From Octopus sinensis (lineage: Eukaryota): a stretch of DNA of 15,898 bases. The DNA lies in assembly GCF_006345805.1 (NCBI RefSeq), contig NW_021825271.1, positions 1 through 15,898 on the forward strand, in the 5' to 3' direction. Both the position numbers and the translations under genes were made by a program. Shown here piece after piece: positions 1-8,192 of the stretch. The notes beneath the pieces were generated by a model, which saw nothing but the letters and a program-made list of their open reading frames with translations, did not search any database and was not told the DNA's origin. How positions within the stretch are numbered: the first letter of the stretch is position 1; every line of letters begins with the position of its first letter.

Positions 1-209
1 TATATATATATATATTATTATATATATATAGATATATAATATATAATATATATATATATATATCAGCCGTTTGTCCGTTGATTTTAAGGATTGCTATATG
101 TGTGTGTGCGTGCGTGTGTGTGTTGCGTGCGTGTGTGTGTGCGTGCAGTGTGGGGTGTGGTGTGAGAGAGAGAGAGAGAGAGAGAGAGTGTGTGTGTGTG
201 TACACACAC
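1..209. repeat. Compound microsatellite: (TA)n, then (TG)n/(AG)n
   Basis: Directly visible dinucleotide runs. ORFs 71..358 and 190..384 are translations of this low-complexity DNA and the adjacent repeat. Confidence 0.95.
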
Positions 210-210
210 T

Positions 211-352
211 TCTACTTGCCTATCTGCTTATCTATATCAGGTGTTATTTAATTTACTCTTTATCTTTATCAGGTTCTCATTATTGTCTTCTATATATTAT
301 CTCCCGCTCATTTTTCTCTACGCGTTTGTGTACCGGAATTTATCATTTGAAT
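211..352. mobile_element. Unclassified 142-bp interspersed repeat, copy 1
   Basis: Ungapped match to 3870-4011 with 10 mismatches in 142 bp (~93%, counted by eye). Both copies abut a microsatellite on their left side. Confidence 0.75.
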
Positions 353-535
353 ATGTAGACGTTCACGTAAATGTATTTGTGTAACTCTATTTGTGTGTGC
401 GTGTGTGTGTGTGTGTGTGTATACACACATACACACATCTATATGTATGTGTGTCAGCATCTATAAATATTCATGTATACATATAAAATATGTCTATAGT
501 AATCCTTAAAATGATCGGGCAAAAGGCTGGCAAAG

Positions 536-536
<1 letters not shown>

Positions 537-568
<32 letters not shown>
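537..568. repeat. (TA)n microsatellite
   Basis: Perfect TA run. Confidence 0.95.
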
Positions 569-572
<4 letters not shown>

Positions 573-700
573 ATCCAAACATGAACAAAAAGAAAACATA
601 ACAACGCGAGGACGTGGAACAAGTATAGTGTTATTGGACGCTCAGGAAAGGAAAGAAAGAAAGAGGATTTAACGTTTCGAGTGGAGCTCTTCGTCAGAAA
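569..700 (-). mobile_element. Penelope-like (pLTR-type) terminal segment: hammerhead-like motif plus ~100-nt T-rich tail ending in (TA)n
   Basis: Minus strand reads CTGACGAAGAGCTCCACTCGAAACGTT. The CTGANGAAG...CGAAACGT signature is typical of PLE terminal repeats. It is followed by a T-rich tail that runs into (TA)n. Family assignment is inference. Confidence 0.5.
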
Positions 701-701
701 C
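667..701 (-). ncRNA. Candidate minimal type-I hammerhead ribozyme (HHR1)
   Basis: Minus strand: GUUU-CUGACGA-A-GAG(CUCCA)CUC-GAA-ACGU-U-AAAU. The core CUGANGA/GAAA/UH is intact and stem II has 3 bp with G10.1-C11.1. Stem III is the palindrome ACGU. Stem I is only 3 A-U pairs plus 1 G-U. Confidence 0.5.
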
Positions 702-1156
702 ATGTAAATTATGAAGAGTAGCGGACCCAAAACAGTCCCCTGGGGAACACCGCTGGGGACTTTTGCTGGGCTTGAGTGGACTCCATCAACTACAACATGT
801 TGTGTTCTATTCGCCAGGAAATACTTAATCCAGTGTAGAACTTTTCCACGGATTCCAACATTTGCCAATTTTGAGAGTAGAATATTATGGTCTAGCCTGT
901 CGAACGCTTTACTGAAGTCAAGATATATGACGTCAGAGTTCGAACCTGTTCCCAATGCTTTGAGTACATCTTCAATGTGGTGTAAGAGCTGTGTTAGACA
1001 GTCCCTGCCACAGCGAAAGCCATGCTGATTTGCATTTAGGAGTTTGTGGGTCTCCAGGAAGTCAGCTATCCTTGATCTTAACACTCTTTCAAACACTTTA
1101 ATGATGTGGGAGGTGAGTGAGATTGGGCGATAGTCGATGCGAGGGATCTGTTTCCC
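701..1156 (-). mobile_element. Non-LTR retrotransposon RT fragment, CR1/L2 (Jockey-group)-like, stop-free over ~150 codons
   Basis: The frame of ORF 536..1096 extends upstream to DYRPISLTSHIIKVFERV. It contains NQHGFR, YLDFSKAFD and GVPQGTVLGPLLFIIY (RT domains 0-4). It stops before the YADD motif, where the sequence switches to the hammerhead-bearing tail. Confidence 0.93.
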
Positions 1157-1174
1157 TATATATATATAATAAAT

Positions 1175-1209
<35 letters not shown>
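1157..1209. repeat. (TA)n microsatellite
   Basis: Near-perfect TA run separating the RT fragment from the inverted-repeat arm. Confidence 0.95.
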
Positions 1210-1217
1210 TAAAACTC

Positions 1218-1289
1218 GTTGTGTTAGGTCAATGACTTCCAAGCTAAACTGTTTCATGTAAACCCCACTGAATTGACTCATTAAGAGAA
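1218..1289 (+). repeat. Left arm of perfect 72-bp inverted repeat (partner 1730-1801)
   Basis: The reverse complement of 1218-1289 is identical, 72/72, to 1730-1801. Confidence 0.95.
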
Positions 1290-1298
1290 ATTTTGAAA

Positions 1299-1360
1299 CC
1301 ACCTGATGAATGACTGCGACTCAAAATTTAAAGACAGCAGACAGGAAACGATCGTAGTGG
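1299..1360 (+). ncRNA. Candidate type-I hammerhead ribozyme (HHR2)
   Basis: CCAC-CUGAUGA-[AUGACUGC...GCAGACAG]-GAA-ACGAUCGU-A-GUGG. Stem I is CCAC/GUGG (4 Watson-Crick pairs) and stem III is the perfect palindrome ACGAUCGU. The cleavage triplet is GUA (1354-1356). Stem II has 6 of 8 pairs, but 10.1/11.1 is an A-G mismatch. Confidence 0.6.
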
Positions 1361-1473
1361 ATATTAATTATATTTTTTAATAATGTTACATATTTAAATA
1401 TATAAATTAATCATATGTATTGGCTTAAGTCTTTCATTGTTTGATTTGCCTAATAGTGGTTTTGTCTCTAATT

Positions 1474-1527
<54 letters not shown>

Positions 1528-1557
1528 TAATATATATTATATATAATATATATATAT
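1474..1557. repeat. (TA)n microsatellite
   Basis: Near-perfect TA run inside the spacer of the 72-bp inverted repeat. Confidence 0.95.
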
Positions 1558-1729
1558 CGGCAGTGTAAGAAGTTTGCTTCCCAACTCCATGGTAACCGTT
1601 TCTATACTTTAAACAAATTACCGCACAAGCCATTAGTCATCCTTAAGGATGACGAAGTAATCTTCATCGCTTCGATTGACGAACACGAAATTAAGCAGTC
1701 TGGTGTTGATTCTCATGAGATATTAAAAG

Positions 1730-1801
1730 TTCTCTTAATGAGTCAATTCAGTGGGGTTTACATGAAACAGTTTAGCTTGGAAGTCATTGACCTAACACAA
1801 C
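1730..1801 (-). repeat. Right arm of perfect 72-bp inverted repeat (partner 1218-1289)
   Basis: Identical to the reverse complement of 1218-1289. Confidence 0.95.
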
Positions 1802-2003
1802 TCAGTGATAACTCCAATGAATCAGCTTTGTGACGCTTGTAATGATACAACTCAGTTGTCACTGTAAAGAAACAACACTGATTGTTGTTCTGACGCAACT
1901 CGATAGTGGTTGTAATGATACAGCTCAGTGCTGATGGTAGCGAAACAACTTCGAAAAGCGGCCTAGTAAAAAATGAGGTAGATGTAATAACAATAACAAT
2001 AAT

Positions 2004-2382
2004 AACAAGAACACTCAGAGAGCGCAAACCTCCGCGAAGGCTACACCAATGTCCTCTCAGCGATTAACCGAAGATTATTTTTAAAATGAGAATATCTGAA
2101 ATAAACTCGACTGCTCTCACAAACGAGAATACTAAATATGAACCCGACCGCTCTCAAAAATTAAGTAAAAAAAAAAACCGGAAAAATAATCCAGAATCCT
2201 TGTCCGGTACCAGATCGATCCCAATATCTAACCAGTTCGGGCCAATTATGAGGCCAAACATCTCTGAATGTTTCATCCGAATCCATCCAACGGTTCTTGA
2301 GATATCTTGTCCACCGATAAACCAACAAACAAACAAGCACAACTGAAAACAATAACTCTGCCTTCGCTAAGGCGGAGGTAAT
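2004..2382 (-). mobile_element. Non-autonomous Helentron-like element (HINE/DINE-1 architecture)
   Basis: One end has the palindrome CTCTGCCTT-CGCT-AAGGCGGAG (2356-2377). The other end has the matching subterminal inverted repeat ACCTCCGCGAAGG (2028-2040) followed by a short hairpin ACACTC-AGA-GAGCGC (2011-2025). The minus-strand 3' end is ...CTTGTT and there is no TSD. This layout matches the established HINE structure. Confidence 0.65.
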
Positions 2383-2392
2383 ATTAATCTTT

Positions 2393-2597
2393 TTACTATA
2401 GGCACGAAGCCTGAAATATCTGAGAGGGCAAGTCGATTACATTGACCCCAGTGCCCAACTAGCACTTATTTTATCGACCTTGAAAATGATGAGAGACAAC
2501 GTCGACGTCAGCGGAATTCGGACTCAGAAACTAAAGACGGATAAAATGCCGCTAAACATTTTGTTCGGCGTGCAAACATCTCTGCCAGCTAATGACC
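2393..2597 (-). mobile_element. tRNA-derived SINE family A, diverged copy
   Basis: Reverse-complement similarity to the full copy at 5201-5434 (GACCCCAGT, ACTTATTTTATCGACC, GTCGAC..CGGAATT, CTGCCAGCT). Confidence 0.85.
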
Positions 2598-2599
2598 TG

Positions 2600-2821
2600 T
2601 AATTGGTTTCGAATTTTGGCATAAGGTCGGCTGTTTTCGAGGACTGGATAAATCAATTATATCGACCTCAGTACTAGATTGGTGTTTATTTTGTCGACCA
2701 CAAATGGATGAAAGGCAAAGTCGACTTCGGCGGAATTTGAACTTAGAACGTAAAGAGCCGGTAGAAATACCGCAACGCATTTTGTCTGATATACTGAGCA
2801 TTCTGCCAGTTCACCACCTTA
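2600..2821 (-). mobile_element. SINE family A copy
   Basis: ATGAAAGGCAAAGTCGACTTCGGCGGAATTTGAACT core, and a head ending TTCTGCCAGTTCACCACCTTA. Confidence 0.9.
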
Positions 2822-2844
2822 GTTAACAATAATAACAACACCTT

Positions 2845-2960
2845 GGACGAAATACCGCTTAGCATTTCGTCCGGGGTGCAAACAACTCTGCCAACTCGTC
2901 ACTTTTAATTGGCTTCCAGTTTTGGTATAAAGTCTTGTCCGGCGTGCAAGTAACTCTTTA
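2845..2960 (-). mobile_element. Scrambled SINE family A head and tail fragments
   Basis: GGACGAAATACCGCTTAGCATTTCGTCCGG head piece, then a tail piece (TTTTGGTATAAAG), then another head piece (TGTCCGGCGTGCAA). Confidence 0.7.
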
Positions 2961-3258
2961 ATTGACTTCAAATTTTGGCACAAGGCCTGCAGGTTGGGGG
3001 GACTGCTCTTTTCTTCCTCTTTGTTTTTACCAGTTTTCATTGCGTATTTATTTCCTGTTTGAGGGTTTCAATTTCCCTCCTATTTCCCTCTTTTACGTTA
3101 CAGATAGTTACTGGACAGATATTTATTTGATCGACCACAAACGAATGAAAGGCAAAGTCGACTTCGGCGGAACTTGAACTCACAATGTAAAGAGCCGGTA
3201 GAAATGCTGCAATGCGTTTTGTCCGAAGTGTTAAGAATTCTACCAGTTCACCACCTTA
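2961..3258 (-). mobile_element. SINE family A copy interrupted by a foreign 96-bp segment (3006-3101)
   Basis: Tail AAATTTTGGCACAAGGCC at 2970-2987. Core and head at 3120-3258 align without gaps to 2694-2821. Confidence 0.85.
3006..3101. repeat. 96-bp pyrimidine-rich segment duplicated at 7085-7195
   Basis: Shared sequence AGTTTTCATTG(C/T)GTATTTATTTCCTGTTTGAGGG..TTTCAATTTCCCTCCTATTTCCCTCTTTTACGTTAC. The copies differ mainly in T-run and G-run length. Confidence 0.85.
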
Positions 3259-3298
3259 GTTAACAATAATACCAATATCCTTTACTTTTTTTTAACCG

Positions 3299-3332
3299 TT
3301 TACTTGTTTCGCTTTTTTCACTGCGGCCATGC
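3299..3332 (-). mobile_element. SINE family B 3'-end fragment
   Basis: TTTACTTGTTTC...CTGCGGCCATGC matches 7768-7803. Confidence 0.55.
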
Positions 3333-3539
3333 GATCATAATAAGCTTACTTAATATTTTTTAAAAGTGGTTTTGAGAACTGGAAACTCATTTCATAGCAT
3401 TAAGCTATACGTTTCGGTAATTCAGGGAAAGGAATAAAATTTTTATATTCCCCATTATTTCTGTTCATTTCATTTTTAACTACACTGCTTTCCTCAAAGA
3501 TTACGCACATATTGTGTGTGTGTGTGTATCTATTCAAAA

Positions 3540-5150
3540 TGCATTGCAGATAAATATAAAGAGAAAAGAAGTGCAGGCACAAGATTACAACCGTGCCTTA
3601 ATCTACAAATGACGGAGAACTGTTCAACAAGCTTATTTTGAAGAAAAGCGCGACCCAATATACAGTCACGTAGTTCTTGAATCAGCGAAATGAAGTTTTA
3701 TGACCAACTAAAACGTTGAAGAATCATCCACCTGGCTTCTCTTAGTAGTCCGTGAAAAACGTTTTCCAGGTCATAGAAGATATGGAAGAGTGGTTTCTGC
3801 TTTTCTATTTTTAAAATGTCTTCCTCATAAAATCATGCCAAGTGTCCGATATATATATATATATATAGCTCTACTTAGCTATCTGCTTATCTGTATCAGG
3901 TGTTACTTAATTTACTGTTTATCTTTATCAGGTTCACATTATTGTTTTCTATATATTATCTCCCGCTCAATTTTCTCTTCGCGTCTGTGTACCGGAATTT
4001 ATCATTTGAATCATGTCCGAAGTGCATGAAAACCACATTGAGATTCGGGAAAAATCCATATCAAGGTGGCCGTTTAGACGGACTTTTGCAAATATTTTTC
4101 CTGGAATGGTGACCAATGATATTCCGCGATAATTCCTTGCATTTAAAAATTCATTTGGAACCTGGCGATCTTGACAAATTTTTAGGATCAAAGAGGAAAG
4201 AATGATTATGAGACATAGTCCCCGCTGTTTCAGGCATTTAAGAGGGATGTTATCTGGCCTGGGGATTTTCGCAATTTCGTTCTGTTCAAGATCCTTTTAA
4301 ATTCTCGGAATGGTGGCTGCATACTTAACTACGGCTGCTCGGGATGATATGGGACATTTCCCACGATATCCTCTGTTGCTGATGAATTCCAATTCAGCAG
4401 TGAGAGAAAATGTTTCTTCCAGCATTCGACAATATCTTGTAGATTTGTTAAGATGTCGAAGTATGCAGCTGAAAGCTTGCCCATTGATGGTCGTGATTAG
4501 AACTGAGAGAGTGCCTCAAATTTTTCTATTACTTGACATATAGAAGGGAAAAAGGAGAATCTTTGTCAATGAAGAGAAATACATTGCCAACCAGCTAACT
4601 CAACATACGTCATAACTGTATGACTGTTGCAGTCAAGCCTGCCGCTGTTTTTGCTGTCATGCAAAGACAGAATCCAGCATTGATGATAGTGTTTAGAGCC
4701 TTTGCAAGCGACGAGAATATGACTACATTCCATTTCATCAAAGCGGCTCTGGACATCAAAGTATCTCATTAGTTGAGCATGATAAACCATGTTCTGATCT
4801 TTGGTTTACTATATATCATGATCCGAAAGAGGTTATGTCCGTACAAGACACATCACTAGCACGTGATTCAAAATGAGTGCAGACTTATTTCTAAGTGAAG
4901 CTTTCACTGTTTGTTACTAAAGTCTGGATTTCTAACTTAGCATATTTCAATTTATGTGATGTCTGTACGTGAGGTGTCAACAAAGACGAGATCAATTCAA
5001 TTGTTCATAGCAGCTTCCCTAAGTTAAATCAGTGGTTAAGAAAAGCATCGGGTTTACAAATGAGGATGAAGTAGAGGGTATTTTCAGGCTTTGGGCATCC
5101 GCATTCAGTTGATTGCTGATGGTGGACATATTTTGAAAATATACCCACCT
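3540..5150 (-). mobile_element. Heavily decayed RTE-clade LINE (endonuclease, linker and RT N-terminal half), interrupted at 3850-4013
   Basis: Minus-strand translation with stops and frameshifts gives, in order: GGYIF, PSAIN*MRMP, CYEQL, LVTNS (weak, EN-like); CWKKHFLSLLN, KSPG/PDNIP, RNYRGISLVTIPGKIFAKV, PESQCGF; KQKPLFHIFYDLENVF; RLRHGCNLVPALLFSLYLSAM. The RT part (3540-4450) is convincing. The upstream limit is approximate. Confidence 0.85.
3850..4013. mobile_element. Insertion of (TA)n plus 142-bp repeat copy 2 into the RTE remnant, flanked by 7-bp direct repeat TGTCCGA
   Basis: TGTCCGA occurs at 3843-3849 and 4014-4020. Removing the insert rejoins the RT frame as PESQCGFHALRTLGMI. Confidence 0.75.
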
Positions 5151-5200
5151 CCTAGCATTATTTTACAAGGTTAGAAACGGTACGGTTTTATGTGCATAAA

Positions 5201-5434
5201 TAAGGCGGCGAGCTGGCAGAATCGTTAGCACGTCGGACGAAATGCTTAGCGGTATTTCGGCTGCCGTTACGTTGTGAGTTCAAATTCCGCCGAGGTCGAC
5301 TTTGCCTTTCATCCTTTCGGGGTCGATAAATTAAGTACCAGTTAAGCACTGGGGTCGATATAATCGACTTAATACCTATGTCTGTCCATGTTTGTCCCCT
5401 CTATGTTTAGCCCCTTGTGGGTAATAATGAAATA
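5201..5434 (+). mobile_element. Full-length tRNA-derived SINE family A with perfect 17-bp TSD
   Basis: A-box-like TGGCAGAATCG and B-box GAGTTCAAATTCC. Core GCCTTTCATCCTTTCGGGGTCGATAAATTAAGTACCAG. Direct repeat GGTTTTATGTGCATAAA at 5184-5200 and 5435-5451. Confidence 0.93.
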
Positions 5435-5607
5435 GGTTTTATGTGCATAAACAGTCCGCGCGCTCATACGGTTACGCGTGTTTTTACCTGTGTTCATGTT
5501 TGCGTTAGTGATTGACACGACACCTCGAGTTAAACATGATTAATGTTGAGACAAAATGATAAAATATGAAACGATACCTAAATACTTGGGTCGCTATGAT
5601 CTACTAA

Positions 5608-5638
<31 letters not shown>

Positions 5639-5734
5639 CCTAACCGAGTTCAGCATGAGAATAATAGAATATGCATATCCATGTACGTATACATGGACAC
5701 ACATACACACGTCTGTGTGTGTGATGGTGTGTAT

Positions 5735-5821
5735 GTATACATACATGCATACATACATACATACATACATACATGCATACATACATACATACATACATAC
5801 ATGCATACATACATACATATA

Positions 5822-5855
<34 letters not shown>

Positions 5856-5935
5856 CATACATACATACATACATACATGCCTACATACATACATACATAC
5901 ATACATACATACATACATACATACATACATACACA
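5735..5935. repeat. (ACAT)n tetranucleotide microsatellite
   Basis: Direct. It generates the YIHT/MYVC pseudo-ORFs. Confidence 0.97.
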
Positions 5936-6557
5936 CGCACCCACGCACGCACACACATATATGTAGTGAACATACATATGTGTTATAATATATGCCGGTA
6001 TAAAAGCATACATATTCATGTATGTTCACGCATCCGTCTTCTAATTCGATTGTCTTTCTTTCTTCCCGTCCCACCCTGCCAAACACTCCTCTGTTATCTT
6101 CTTTTTTTTGTTTCGTTTTTCAATTATTTTTATCTTCAAAAATCCCCCCCTTCATCGTCTTCCTCCATCCTTCTCTCTCTCCCTCCATCCTTCTCTTTCT
6201 CCCTCCTCCTCTCTCTCTCCCTCTTTCCACTGCTCTCTCTCTCTTTCTGTTTCCTATCCATCTCAAATTTGTCTTTAAAATATTATCCCGTTTATTTCTA
6301 GGCTCTTTCTCTTTTTAACCTCTGACTACTACATTGGCTTTTTCTAACAAATACATACATTACGTACGTATACACACGCACGCACGCACACATATAATAA
6401 AGTCACATACACACATACATACATGCATGCATACACACATAATGCATACATACATACATACATACATACATAAATACAGACAGACAGACAGATAGTCAGA
6501 CAGACAGAGTTAGATATATTTACATACATGCACATATATGTATATATATATACATAA

Positions 6558-6577
6558 AATAACAAAACACTGGGATT

Positions 6578-6634
<57 letters not shown>

Positions 6635-6780
6635 ATATATATATAGAGAGAGAGAGAGAGAGAAATATATATATATATATAAATATCATGATCCGATATA
6701 TATATATATATATATACCGGGATTATATATATATATATCGGGATTATATATATATATATATAATCCCGTGTTTTGTTATT
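6558..6780. repeat. Short foldback: 20/21-bp inverted arms enclosing (CA)n/(TA)n/(GA)n and reiterated CGGGATTA(TA)n units
   Basis: AATAACAAAACAC(T)GGGATTA at 6558-6578 versus TAATCCCGTGTTTTGTTATT at 6761-6780. The segment 6739-6768 is a perfect palindrome. Confidence 0.75.
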
Positions 6781-7084
6781 CTATTTTCCTCTTTTCTTCC
6801 TTTTTATTTATAGTCGAGAAGTATAGTTTTTTTTTTAATTAATCCATGTCAATATTTTTATTTTTGCTGCTTAAACTTTTTTTTGTTTTTCATTCTGCAT
6901 GTATTTTTATTTGTTACTTTTTTTTTTCCTGCTTGACCCTGTCTAACCTTCATTACAAGGCAAGGTATATACTGACCCCCCCCCCCAGTCACTCAAGGTT
7001 CTCTCCCTTCCCTTCCCTACTCACAGTATTGACAGGTTACTGAAGCAGAACAGAGAAGACCGTTTCTTTTTGTATTTTGTCCCA

Positions 7085-7195
7085 CTCTTTTCTTCCTCTT
7101 TTTTTTCTTTGTTTTTTTTTACTAGTTTTCATTGTGTATTTATTTCCTGTTTGAGGGGGTTTCAATTTCCCTCCTATTTCCCTCTTTTACGTTAC
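7085..7195. repeat. Partner of the 3006-3101 duplicated segment
   Basis: See 3006-3101. Confidence 0.85.
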
Positions 7196-7448
7196 CTGCT
7201 TTCTCTCCGCCTCATAGCTTTCAGCCAAAATATTGTAACTCTTTTCCTTCCCACTACACCATCTCAATATTACCTGCTTGTCTGTCATATACTCTGTCTG
7301 TCTGTCTTTATATACAAACAACCTACTCCATATTACATTGGGTATCTTTATCACATTCCGTCTCATTGCCCTTCACTGCACTCTATTGTCAATTTACATA
7401 GCCGCGTCCCAATCTCATATGGTTATTTTCATTTATTTATTTTTTCTT

Positions 7449-7507
<59 letters not shown>

Positions 7508-7541
7508 GTTTTCTATCTATCTATATCTATCCTATCTATCT

Positions 7542-7588
<47 letters not shown>

Positions 7589-7612
7589 GTCTATCTATTC
7601 TATTTATCTATC

Positions 7613-7698
<86 letters not shown>

Positions 7699-7745
7699 CC
7701 TATCTGTCTGTCTGTTTGTCTGTCTATCTCTTTGTCTGTCTGTAT
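7449..7745. repeat. (TCTA)n/(TCTG)n microsatellite
   Basis: Direct. It generates the YLSI pseudo-ORFs. Confidence 0.97.
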
Positions 7746-7762
7746 GTATGTCTATAGACTGA

Positions 7763-8158
7763 TACTCTTTTACTTGTTTCAGTCATTTGACTGTGGCCAT
7801 GCTGGAACACAGCCTTTAGTCGAGCAAATCGACCCCAGGACTTATTCTTTGTAAGCCTAGTACTTATTCTATCGGTCTCTTTTTTTGCCGAACCGCTAAG
7901 TTACGGCGACGTAAACACACCAGCATCTGCTGTCAAGCGGCGTTGGGGGTCAAACATAGACACAAACATATACACACACATATACATATACATATATACG
8001 ACGGGCTTCTTTCAGTTTCCGTCTACCAAATCCACTCACAAGGCTTTGGTTGGCTCGAGGCTATAGTTGAAGATACTTGCCCAAGGTGCCACGCAGTGGG
8101 ACTGAACCCGGAACCATGTGGTTGGTAAACAAACTATTTACTACACAGCCAATCCTAC
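7763..8158 (-). mobile_element. Full-length tRNA-derived SINE family B
   Basis: The minus-strand head has an A-box-like TGGCTGTGTAGTAA and a B-box GGTTCAGTCCC, followed by ACTGCGTGGCACCTTGGGCAAG. It has an internal (TG/TA) stretch and a 3' tail ...ATGACTGAAACAAGTAAAAGAGTA. Confidence 0.92.
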
Positions 8159-8192
8159 GTGTATGTATGTATGTATATATACATCTTTATCT

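Noticed and set aside
4378-4400. Additional CTGATGA motifs (also 12338-12344 on the minus strand)
   Set aside because: No correctly placed GAAA/UH core or supporting stems. They lie within RTE and SINE remnants.
5088-5169. Plus-strand candidate exon (TTTTCAG ... AAG|GTTAGA, one open frame)
   Set aside because: It overlaps the decayed RTE endonuclease region on the opposite strand, and a 27-codon open frame is common by chance.
5556-6301. Long overlapping ORFs (YIHT/MYVC repeats)
   Set aside because: They are translations of (ACAT)n and CT-rich DNA, open on both strands, with no protein signal.
7070-7762. 230-aa ORF and other YLSI-repeat ORFs (also 8656-9120 and 13615-14157)
   Set aside because: They are produced by (TCTA)n and pyrimidine-rich low-complexity sequence.
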